Notes: a model not told the origin generated them from the letters alone. 10,033 nucleotides of DNA from Candidatus Aenigmatarchaeota archaeon (GCA_039000985.1 JAWBMD010000020.1:1-10033); one strand, 5' to 3'; counted from the stretch's first letter, positions 1 to 7,633 are shown. Translations and numbers: made by a program.

Positions 1-168
1 GAATTAATGTTGGTAACTGATTCTGGCAGCAAATTTGAAATACATAAGCACAATGTAACTTTTGATGATAAAACAAAAATGATAAAAATAGATGCTGCTG
101 ATGAAATTTTCTGGTTGGATACAGAAAAAATTGAATACTATTGGATCCATAAAAAAGCTAAAGAATAA
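1..168 (+). CDS. 3' end of a small hypothetical protein, running off the left edge
   Basis: Frame 1 is open from base 1 to TAA at 166-168: ELMLVTDSGSKFEIHKHNVTFDDKTKMIKIDAADEIFWLDTEKIEYYWIHKKAKE*. Composition is protein-like and beta-rich. Not in the ORF track. Confidence 0.75.
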   Translation, partial: ELMLVTDSGSKFEIHKHNVTFDDKTKMIKIDAADEIFWLDTEKIEYYWIHKKAKE

Positions 169-307
169 ATGCCAACAAGATATTTTTGATAATAAAAATA
201 TAAAAAATTGCTAGGGGAGTAAAGCAATTATCAAGAAAATTTGAAAATTAATTTTCTTCTTTTTCATAAGTTACCATTTATTCCGACTATACTGACAGAT
301 AAAACAA

Positions 308-337
308 GTTAAAATCAGACTAACGTAGGATTGAAAG
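308..337 (+). CRISPR. Solitary CRISPR-type direct repeat (no array)
   Basis: GTTAAAATCAGACTAACGTAGGATTGAAAG is 30 nt, starts GTT, contains AATCAGAC and ends in the canonical ATTGAAAG 5'-handle, as in euryarchaeal 30-nt repeat families. It is intergenic and I see no second copy in the window. Confidence 0.7.
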
Positions 338-383
338 AATAATAACCTTAGATAAGTTTTAAAAAAATTAATAAGATTTTAGT

Positions 384-827
384 TTATTGTGCTATAGAAT
401 TTTTCATTATCACCCTATCATAAACATCTTTTTTAATATCTTTTGGAACTAATTCAAATTTTCTATGTTTGAAATCTACTATATATCCATAAATCCATGT
501 TCTATTTAAAACTTTATCCATTTGCCAGTACAAATACCCTTCATATTCAACATGTTTCATATTTACTAAGTCTTCTCTTTTAAATGGTGAATTTTCTATT
601 TTAAATCCGTGTTTTTCAAAAACTTTTTTTATTTTCTCTTGAATCTCTTTATCTTGAGCTATTATATATTCATGAGGAAGTCTTTTTGCATAGGTCCAGG
701 CAAACTTAAAGTTTTTATCCTTAATAAACTCTTTGAAAAAATTTGCTTCTTCATCGTTTATATCTTCAAGATGCTTAGTAGGAATTTCTATTACTTTATT
801 TAAAAGTCTTACTTTTATTTTTTCCAT
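384..827 (-). CDS. Hypothetical protein (~147 aa) with FAxTY...PHEY and GYxYWxM...NR motifs
   Basis: Part of ORF 384..1007. The first 60 codons look non-coding and overlap the next gene remnant. ATG at 827 (MEKIKV) has a TATA-like TTATTAAT about 22 nt upstream. FAWTYAKRLPHEY and EGYLYWQMDKVLNR resemble a widespread uncharacterised family (recalled, not searched). Confidence 0.75.
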   Translation of the reverse strand: MEKIKVRLLNKVIEIPTKHLEDINDEEANFFKEFIKDKNFKFAWTYAKRLPHEYIIAQDKEIQEKIKKVFEKHGFKIENSPFKREDLVNMKHVEYEGYLYWQMDKVLNRTWIYGYIVDFKHRKFELVPKDIKKDVYDRVIMKNSIAQ

Positions 828-998
828 AATAATATCTTTACGCCTAAAAATTAATAATTTATTAATCGATTCTAGAAACATATACCACTTTTCAATTTTC
901 TTATTTTTAATGATTTTATATCTAAGTATTTCTTTAGAAGAAATATAGTAAACCTTAAATAGTAAATAATTCTGAAAGCAAAAGTTTCTCCTTTTCAT

Positions 999-1835
999 GG
1001 GAGGCATTTAGATGTAATTGTTTTTCTTCTTAGTTTTAAAGAGTTTTTGAACTTCAAAGGATTAAAAATAAAAGATTTTTTAGATTTAATTAATAGAAAA
1101 ATTGAAATAAAATCTTTTCTTAGAGAATATTGTGAATTTGGTGGCTTTCCAGAGGTTGCTTTGTCTGAAAACAAAAGAGAAATTTTATTAACTTATTTTG
1201 AGGATATAATAGCAAAAGATATTTTTCTAAGGTATGGAATTAAAAAAGTTAATTAATTAATTAGCTTGGCAAAATTCTATCTAACTAATATTTCAAATTC
1301 AATAACATTTACTTCTCTAGAAAAGTCTCTTAGTATTATAACCGATACCATACAAAAGTTTTCTCGATATTTAGAGGAAAGTTTTTTGATATTTTTTGTT
1401 CAAAGATTTTCAAGAAAGATTAAAGAGGTTGAAAAATCTCCAAAGAAAGTTTATTGTATAGATATTGGTTTAGCTAATATAATTGCTTTAAGAGTTAGTG
1501 AAAATATTGGAAGAATTATTGAAAACTTAGTTGCAATAGAGCTAAAAAGAAAAAGTTTTCAAAATCCTAACATAGAAATTTATTATTTCGAGGATTGTCA
1601 GCAAAATGAGGTTGATTTTGTAATTAAAGAAGGTTTAGAAATAAAGCAATTAATTCAAGTTACTTATGCTTCAAGCAAAGATGAAATTGAAAAAAGAGAA
1701 ATAAAAGGGTTATTAAAAGCAAGTGAATTATTGAAATGTGAAAACTTGTTAATAATAACTTGGGATTATGAAGATAAGCTTCAAATAGAGAATAAAAAAA
1801 TTAAGTGTGTGCAATTATGGAAATGGATGTTATAA
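999..1835 (+). pseudogene. 5'-truncated AAA_14/DUF4143 ATPase with an internal stop codon
   Basis: ORFs 1047..1256 and 1266..1835 share a frame and are split by one TAA at 1254-1256. Homology extends upstream to GRHLDVIVFLLSFKEFL (999 onward) and includes GGFPEV, PKKVYCIDIGL, ENLVAIEL and EVDFV...LIQV. Walker A and B are absent and the frame is closed by TAA at 963. Confidence 0.85.
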
Positions 1836-1919
1836 GAATAAAGAAATGCTAAAGTTATAGTAAATAGTTTTCATGTCTCAATTTTATTTTCAATTAATGT
1901 AAAAATAATAGAATTAATT

Positions 1920-1927
1920 TTTAAATA
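1920..1927 (+). promoter_or_regulatory. Archaeal TATA box, probably leaderless transcript of the 1950 gene
   Basis: TTTAAATA ends 22 nt before ATG 1950, the same sequence and spacing as the promoter before 5568. Confidence 0.55.
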
Positions 1928-1949
1928 TTTGAAAAAATAATATAGATAT

Positions 1950-3209
1950 ATGGAGGAAATGCTTATTAAAAGAAAACTAGAGGAAAAAATTAGAAAATTC
2001 ATAGATAGAAAAGAAATCATAGGTATTAGAGGTGCAAGACAAACTGGTAAAACAACTCTTTTAAAAATGATTGAAAAAGAAATAGTTGGGAATAGAGCTT
2101 TTATTAACTTAGACTTAGCAGAATATAGGAGAGCATTAGAGGAAAATACAATAGATTTTGTGAAAAGGTTTAAGAGATCTGGTGAAAAATTGTTTTTGTT
2201 TTTAGATGAGATTCAAAGAGTAAAAGATGCTGGTGAAAAATTAAAAATAATTTTTGATGAGTTTCAAGATGTAAAAATGTTTATTTCTGGTTCATCTTCC
2301 TTAGAATTGAAGGTAAATGTTTTACCATTTTTAGTTGGTAGGCTTTTTCTTTTCGAGCTTTTAACTTTCGATTTTGAAGAGTTTTTGTCAGCAAAGGATG
2401 AAGGTCTAAAAAGATTGCTTAGAGAAAAACAAGATTCTCTTAAAAAATTTTTAGAGGGGAATGATGAAATTTCTCAACCTTCTTTTATTCAGGAATTTTT
2501 GAGATATTGGAAGGAATATGTTGTTTTTGGAGGTTATCCAGAAGTGGTGAAAGCATCTAGCCAAGATGAAAAAATCACAATCCTAAAAAATATTTTTAAC
2601 CTTTACTTGGAGAAAGATATAGTAGCTTTTTTCAAAATAGAGGAAACATCAAAGTTTGAGGACTTACTAAAAGTTTTGTCATTTAATATATCTAATTTAA
2701 TTTCGATTTCTTCTTTAGCTTCTGAGCTAAAAATAAGCTATAGAAAAGTAGAAGAATTTTTAACAATACTCAAGCATACTTATGTAATTTATGAATTAAA
2801 ACCATTTTATAAGAATCTTGTTACCGAATTAAAAAAATCTCCAAAAATTTATTTCCTAGATTTTGGTCTCAGAAATTCTGTAATAAATAACTTCTCATCT
2901 TTTGATGAAAGATTCGATAAAGGCGCTCTAATGGAAAATTTTGTTTTAAGAGAGCTATTATCTTTTGAGGACTGGAAATTAAATTATTGGAGAACAACTG
3001 GTAGATCTGAAATAGATTTTGTTTTAAGAAAGGATGATATTATAGTTCCAGTTGAAGTTAAACTGAGTGGGGAAAAGCTTGGTAAAAGTTTTTACAGTTT
3101 TTTAAATTCTTATGAACCAGAAAGAGCAATTATAGTAACTCTCGATAAGTTTAAAAAGGAAAAAATTAAAAAAACCATAGTTTATTATGTACCTATATTT
3201 TATTTTTAA
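1950..3209 (+). CDS. ATP-binding protein, AAA_14 + DUF4143 family, with C-terminal PD-(D/E)XK-like motif
   Basis: Walker A GARQTGKT, Walker B FLFLDE, SGSSS, LVGR, GGYPEV, PKIYFLDFGLRN and EIDFVL...VPVEVK; 419 aa. Confidence 0.93.
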   Translation: MEEMLIKRKLEEKIRKFIDRKEIIGIRGARQTGKTTLLKMIEKEIVGNRAFINLDLAEYRRALEENTIDFVKRFKRSGEKLFLFLDEIQRVKDAGEKLKIIFDEFQDVKMFISGSSSLELKVNVLPFLVGRLFLFELLTFDFEEFLSAKDEGLKRLLREKQDSLKKFLEGNDEISQPSFIQEFLRYWKEYVVFGGYPEVVKASSQDEKITILKNIFNLYLEKDIVAFFKIEETSKFEDLLKVLSFNISNLISISSLASELKISYRKVEEFLTILKHTYVIYELKPFYKNLVTELKKSPKIYFLDFGLRNSVINNFSSFDERFDKGALMENFVLRELLSFEDWKLNYWRTTGRSEIDFVLRKDDIIVPVEVKLSGEKLGKSFYSFLNSYEPERAIIVTLDKFKKEKIKKTIVYYVPIFYF

Positions 3210-3240
3210 AGAGCATTAATAAAAGAAAGTAAATACTTTA

Positions 3241-3530
3241 TTTGAAATTGAAACAAAAAATTTTATACAGTTTGAATATCCAGAGGAGTTTTTTTATGTT
3301 TCCAGGTAACACCGATATTTTATTGGAATCATTAGGTTATGACCTTTTTTATTTTATACAAGAAAGAAGAGAAGTTGTTTTAATCTTGACAATTTTTTCT
3401 TGAGGATTAAGTCCGAATTTTTGAAACAAACCTACATATGTTCCTCTAATTAATGTAAAAGAGTGTTATGAAGAAGATGTAACAAAAGATGTTAAAAGTT
3501 TGGTAAAGCTGTATCTTGAGAAGAAAGCCA
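3241..3530 (+). pseudogene. Possible decayed gene remnant of unknown identity
   Basis: Protein-like fragments FEIETKNFIQFEYPEEFF, MFPGNTDILLESLGYDLFYFIQERRE and YVPLINVKECYEEDVTKDVKSLVKLYLEKK are separated by a frame change at a T-run near 3290 and in-frame TGA at 3401 and 3422. No family recognised. Confidence 0.25.
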
Positions 3531-3653
3531 TTCTCCTTCTTTTTATTTATTGGATAAAGACTTTTCACTTTTTCTTTGAGAGAAATTTGTTATAAGATAA
3601 AAAAATATCTACTGTTATTTAAATTCTTGCATATTTATTTATATATTAATGAA

Positions 3654-4043
3654 ATGGAAGAGATAAAGGAATGGTTAGAAAAAGCTGAAAAAGATTTTTT
3701 TCGCGCAGAATTTTGTTTAGCTAATAAGGATTTTGAGGATTATGCTTTTCATGCTCATCAAGCTGTTGAGAAGGCATTAAAAGCTCTTTATATAAAGAAA
3801 TTTAAAAGATTATGGAAGACATATGATTTAGTTGGTCTTGGTTCGAAGCTAAGAATTGATAAAAATTTACTAAAATTATGCGATGAACTAAATAGACACT
3901 ATATTGAAACAAGATATCCGACTGGAGCCGAATATACTTCTGAAGTAGCAGAGAGAGCAATAAAAAATTCTAAAAAATTATTAGAATGGATAAAAAAAGA
4001 AATAAAAAATAAAGGAATTGTTGATGAAGTTAAAGGAATTTAA
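3654..4043 (+). CDS. HEPN domain protein (toxin partner of a HEPN-MNT pair)
   Basis: WLEKAEKD, AFHAHQAVEKALKA, KTYDL and YIETRYP match the PF05168-type HEPN pattern. Start is probably ATG 3654 (MEEIKEW), not TTG 3576. Confidence 0.9.
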   Translation: MEEIKEWLEKAEKDFFRAEFCLANKDFEDYAFHAHQAVEKALKALYIKKFKRLWKTYDLVGLGSKLRIDKNLLKLCDELNRHYIETRYPTGAEYTSEVAERAIKNSKKLLEWIKKEIKNKGIVDEVKGI

Positions 4044-4320
4044 AAAGAAAAATAAATTTGATAAAGTAATACTTTTTGGTTCTTTTGCAAGAGGAGATTT
4101 CAAAAATGATAGTGACGTAGATGTTATAATTGTAGATAAAAGATTTAAAAGAATGGATTATTTTAAAAGAGGTAATGGTTTATGGTTAAAGTGGCATATC
4201 GAGCATAAAATAAAATATCCTGTTGATTTTATTTGCTATAGTCCAGAGGAATTTGACAAGCTTAAAAAGAAAGTTTCAATTGTTTCTGAGGCATTAAGAG
4301 AAGGAATAATTATAGAGTAA
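4018..4320 (+). CDS. Minimal nucleotidyltransferase (MNT) antitoxin
   Basis: ILFGSFARGD...SDVDVIIV gives the GS and DxD motifs, followed by PVDFICYSPEEF. Overlaps the HEPN gene; true start uncertain (see findings). Confidence 0.92.
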   Translation: MLMKLKEFKKKNKFDKVILFGSFARGDFKNDSDVDVIIVDKRFKRMDYFKRGNGLWLKWHIEHKIKYPVDFICYSPEEFDKLKKKVSIVSEALREGIIIE

Positions 4321-4345
4321 GCTTTTTTGGTAATTTTTATTTGGT

Positions 4346-5335
4346 TTAAACAGGAACAGCCATGCAAACATTATTAACACATTTTATCCTCAAGTTACCA
4401 GCAATACCAGTGCAAAAATCTGGACATTGAATAGATGTATCAATATATCTTTTATTTCCAACAGCGCATTTACCCGTTTCTTTATCAACTCCACATGCAC
4501 AATCTTCATCAGTTTGACAATACAATTTTACTGCTTCTTTAGGAAGACCAGGAATTTCTGGAATTCCTTCACTACAAGCCTTGAGGTCTTCATTATTAAA
4601 ATTAGGAAGTCCGCCATCCATTCCAAAATTAGTTAAATTAGCCACCCTTCTTTTATCACCAATGGTTTCACTATTTAATACAAGATAAGTTGGAACTTCT
4701 CCTGAAAGCCAGAGATCATTAACAATCTTATTTCCTTCAAAAGCAGTTTCTCTTCTAAATTTATATACCTCGATTTTCTTTCCAGATTCCAAGGTTATAT
4801 TTTCTTTACCTATGAAACTCCATTCGGAAGTTTTAACGGTGTATTCATTTTCTAAATTTTTTGTGGAAAACTCTTCGTAAGGTAAGCCCCCAACAGTTGA
4901 TGGTAATTGCTTTAAACAAACAGTAGGTCTTCTAACTGCTTTCATTAAGTAAATTGATTCATTAGTTTGAGGATTAAATAAAGTAGCAAATGAATATCCC
5001 TCAATACCACTTCCTTCCTTTCCATCTAATTCAATTCCAATATATTCTTTGCCTTCAATTGGAAGGGAAATAAGTTTAACTAATAATTTTCCAATTTTTT
5101 CAGTTCTGCTTTCACCTTCAATTATTATACCATAACCTTCAATTTTGTATTCTGCCCAAGCCTCTTTTTTAAATCCAATTCCTTTAATTTTAAGAATATT
5201 TTCTGGTGTTATACTACCTTCCTCAAGTGGATATTTTTCACTTTTTGGAGTACTTGATCTAAACAAAAACACTAGTCCTATTATCACTATCAAAGCTATT
5301 ATTCCGATTAAAATGAAGATAAAGCTTTTAGACAT
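4346..5335 (-). CDS. Membrane-anchored or secreted protein with C-terminal eight-cysteine domain
   Basis: N-terminal hydrophobic helix FIFILIGIIALIVIIGLVFLF and a beta-rich middle. The C-terminus CQTDEDCACG...C...CPDFC...CVNNVC has 8 Cys (4364-4519). Confidence 0.85.
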   Translation of the reverse strand: MSKSFIFILIGIIALIVIIGLVFLFRSSTPKSEKYPLEEGSITPENILKIKGIGFKKEAWAEYKIEGYGIIIEGESRTEKIGKLLVKLISLPIEGKEYIGIELDGKEGSGIEGYSFATLFNPQTNESIYLMKAVRRPTVCLKQLPSTVGGLPYEEFSTKNLENEYTVKTSEWSFIGKENITLESGKKIEVYKFRRETAFEGNKIVNDLWLSGEVPTYLVLNSETIGDKRRVANLTNFGMDGGLPNFNNEDLKACSEGIPEIPGLPKEAVKLYCQTDEDCACGVDKETGKCAVGNKRYIDTSIQCPDFCTGIAGNLRIKCVNNVCMAVPV

Positions 5336-5355
5336 AATTTTATTATTTATTTAAG

Positions 5356-5363
5356 TATTTATA
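5356..5363 (-). promoter_or_regulatory. TATA box for the 5335 gene
   Basis: Minus strand reads AAAAAAA-TATAAATA, ending 20 nt before the ATG at 5335. Confidence 0.5.
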
Positions 5364-5530
5364 TTTTTTTAATATAAAAATGTTTAAATTTCATAACTTA
5401 ATTATTAGAAAAAGCAACCATAAGATTTTTTAGAAACAATTTAAGCATATGGCCCATTTAATTAACGCTAATTAAAATATAGAGGTTATAACTGCTGAAG
5501 TTTTTTAATTTATTAACTATTGATAGGTAA

Positions 5531-5545
5531 CAAAAAGTTTAAATA
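5531..5545 (+). promoter_or_regulatory. BRE + TATA promoter of the MoxR operon (leaderless)
   Basis: CAAAAAG followed by TTTAAATA (5538-5545), ending 22 nt before ATG 5568. Confidence 0.65.
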
Positions 5546-5567
5546 CTTTTAGGTCTATAATAATAGT

Positions 5568-6908
5568 ATGAGTGACGAAATTAGAGATAAGGTGAAAAGA
5601 ATTTATAAAGTGATAGCAGAAAATTTATATGTTTGTGAGCCCGATGAGAGATTTGATAATACAAACCCTACCCTTCTTTTAAGTATATTAACATGTTTGT
5701 TAAATGGAAAGGAGCTTATATTTGGTAATGTTGGAATAGGTAAAACAACTTCTGTAGAATCAACAGTGTCTCTAATGTATGGCATACCATTAGAAGTTAT
5801 ACTTTCTTCAGAAGCTCATGGAGATCCGGAAGTAACGAAAGAAGAATATGTTGCTCAACCTGACCTTTCAAATATGAAAGATATTATATGGAGAAGATTT
5901 GTTCAATTCCCACTAAAAATATTTGATGAGTTCAATAGATTACCTCCTTCAAAGCAGAATTTATTCCTTGATGGTATAGATAGGGGAAATTTTGAATATA
6001 TGAATCAAACATTATTTTCCGAGCCAGGACCTTTATTTGCTACTTGTAACTATGCAGATATGGGAACTACAGAACTCAATTGGCCTATGAGAGACAGATT
6101 TGATGTTGCTGTTGTTGCACAGGCACCACATCCTTTATTAAGAAGAATGATTGCCTACAGAAAAATTGATGAAGAAATACTTAAGGATAAAGAATTTACT
6201 AAACGTATGTTAGCTATACTAGACAGCAAGGAGGAATATTATGATAAAAAGATAAATGAATTATACCAACTTGCAGAAAAGTTTAAAGGTGAATTGAAGG
6301 AAAAGCTCAAGGAACATTATCCAGATTTTAAGCCACTTAGTAGAGATGAGTTGTCCACTGTTAATAGAGAAATATTGAATATAAGATTTTCAAAAGAGGC
6401 AGAGCTTTTTCTTGATTTTATACATGCTGAGTTTCAATGCCCATATTGTGGAGAGAAAATACCAGGAGAAAGTGAAATATGCCATGAAGGATGTCACTAT
6501 TCAAAGATAGATATCGAGAAAGGATATGCTTTTAGAAAGGTTAAAAGAGGTTTGTCTGTAAGATTTGATAAGTCTTTGAGAAAATATGCTCAGGCTTTGG
6601 CATGGTATTTTAGTGACGAAGAAGTAAAGTCATCACATATAGAAATTGTATTTCCATATGTACTTTGGCACAGAATGGAGTTTACAGAAGAATATAAAAA
6701 TATGCACAGATCAGATACTAAAGGTGAGCCATTAAATCTTTATCTTTCAAAGCAACTTATCAGTGAAATATCCAAAAGGTTCGATGAACAAAAAGCAATT
6801 ATAGTAGATGCATACCAAAATTATTTAGAGAAAAAGCCAATAGAAATAAAAACAGAACCAGACCATCCAATTTTTGTATACTATCAATCTTTGTTAAAAT
6901 GGATATAA
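5568..6908 (+). CDS. MoxR-family AAA+ ATPase with Cys/His (putative Zn-binding) insert
   Basis: Walker A GNVGIGKT, Walker B IFDEFNR, sensor I FATCN, arginine finger RDRF, lid motif LSVR, and CPYC-x10-CHEGCH at 6438-6497. A VWA gene lies in the same operon. Confidence 0.9.
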   Translation: MSDEIRDKVKRIYKVIAENLYVCEPDERFDNTNPTLLLSILTCLLNGKELIFGNVGIGKTTSVESTVSLMYGIPLEVILSSEAHGDPEVTKEEYVAQPDLSNMKDIIWRRFVQFPLKIFDEFNRLPPSKQNLFLDGIDRGNFEYMNQTLFSEPGPLFATCNYADMGTTELNWPMRDRFDVAVVAQAPHPLLRRMIAYRKIDEEILKDKEFTKRMLAILDSKEEYYDKKINELYQLAEKFKGELKEKLKEHYPDFKPLSRDELSTVNREILNIRFSKEAELFLDFIHAEFQCPYCGEKIPGESEICHEGCHYSKIDIEKGYAFRKVKRGLSVRFDKSLRKYAQALAWYFSDEEVKSSHIEIVFPYVLWHRMEFTEEYKNMHRSDTKGEPLNLYLSKQLISEISKRFDEQKAIIVDAYQNYLEKKPIEIKTEPDHPIFVYYQSLLKWI

Positions 6909-7578
6909 GAAAAAGATTAAAGGAAATAGAGGAAATCCTTCCTGGAGATTATGGAAATTTATCTAGTGCTAAGAAATATTTAGATAGTATAGAGAGATCA
7001 GGTGTTAATGAGTTATTGAGTGTATTTGAAAAAATGAAGGATGTGGAATTTGATTATTACTCGTCTTTCTATGAAATATTTAGTAAAGAGTTAAACTTTA
7101 TTACCTATAGCTTAAAGGATATAGAAGATTTATGTCCAATTATAAAAGGTGATGAAGATAAAATTGGTGTATACATATCAGCAGTTATAAACAAAATAAT
7201 TAAAGATGAAGATGAAGTTAGGTTAAATTTTGGAGATAGAAGAATAAATTTTATAGGAATGTATCTTAGCAAAGGTAAGATAATTGTGGAAGGTAATGCC
7301 GGAGATTTTGTTGGTTCCTGGATGAAAGGCGGTAGCATACATATAAAAGGTAATGGTAGAAATTATGTTGGTTATGAAATGGGAAATGGTAATATAATTG
7401 TAGAAGGTAATGCCGGAGGTTTTGTTGGTTGTCGGATGAAAGGCGGTATCATACATATAAAAGGCAATGCCGGAAGTTTTGTTGGTTGTTATTCAAAAGG
7501 TGGTGAGATAAGAATAGATGGTGAGTATAAAAGCATAGGCGATGGATGTAAAGCTAACATTTATCATAAAGGAAAGCT
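6895..7578 (+). repeat. Gene-length direct repeat, copy 1 (copy 2 at 9134-10000)
   Basis: Identity begins at TAAAATGGATATAAGAAAAAGATTAAAGGAAATAGAGG and ends at ATTTATCATAAAGGAAAGCT in both copies. Confidence 0.92.
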
Positions 7579-7633
7579 GGTAAGAGGCTGGTTAAAATTT
7601 ATAAGGTGCTTGAGAGAGATAATATGGAAATGA
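6899..7633 (+). CDS. GXGXG beta-helix repeat protein (FwdC/GltB C-terminal-like fold), paralog A
   Basis: Helical N-terminal domain followed by 19-aa coils of the form AGxxVGxxMKGGxIxIKGN. Overlaps both neighbours. Confidence 0.88.
   Translation: MDIRKRLKEIEEILPGDYGNLSSAKKYLDSIERSGVNELLSVFEKMKDVEFDYYSSFYEIFSKELNFITYSLKDIEDLCPIIKGDEDKIGVYISAVINKIIKDEDEVRLNFGDRRINFIGMYLSKGKIIVEGNAGDFVGSWMKGGSIHIKGNGRNYVGYEMGNGNIIVEGNAGGFVGCRMKGGIIHIKGNAGSFVGCYSKGGEIRIDGEYKSIGDGCKANIYHKGKLVRGWLKFIRCLREIIWK
7298..7525 (+). repeat. Four imperfect 57-bp coding tandem repeats
   Basis: Units begin at 7298, 7355, 7412 and 7469: AGDFVGSW, GRNYVGYE, AGGFVGCR, AGSFVGCY. Confidence 0.92.

Noticed and set aside
219..270. 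Degenerate upstream repeat forming a mini-array with 308-337
   Set aside because: The sequence one spacer length upstream does not align convincingly beyond generic TTGAAAA words.
609..948. Short ORFs 609..803 and 733..948, and likewise 4427..4636, 5145..5354, 5603..5785 and 8088..8420
   Set aside because: All are antisense to better-supported genes, have shadow-like composition and show no motifs.
1254..1256. Stop-codon reassignment or readthrough
   Set aside because: TAA terminates most genes here and TGA ends both beta-helix genes. This gene also lacks its 5' half, so pseudogenisation is the simpler explanation.
3225..3254. Second CRISPR-like repeat ending ATTGAAAC
   Set aside because: Only the terminal octamer matches. 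The rest does not resemble 308-337, and such octamers are expected at this AT content.
3576..3653. N-terminal extensions in the ORF track (HEPN from 3576; minus-strand gene from 1007)
   Set aside because: They have low-complexity intergenic composition and contain TATA-like elements. Downstream ATGs fit the expected protein starts better.
6899..7633. Calling the GXGXG genes fwdC or glutamate synthase
   Set aside because: Only the generic coil motif is shared. The N-terminal domain differs, coil number varies, and no partner metabolic genes are present.
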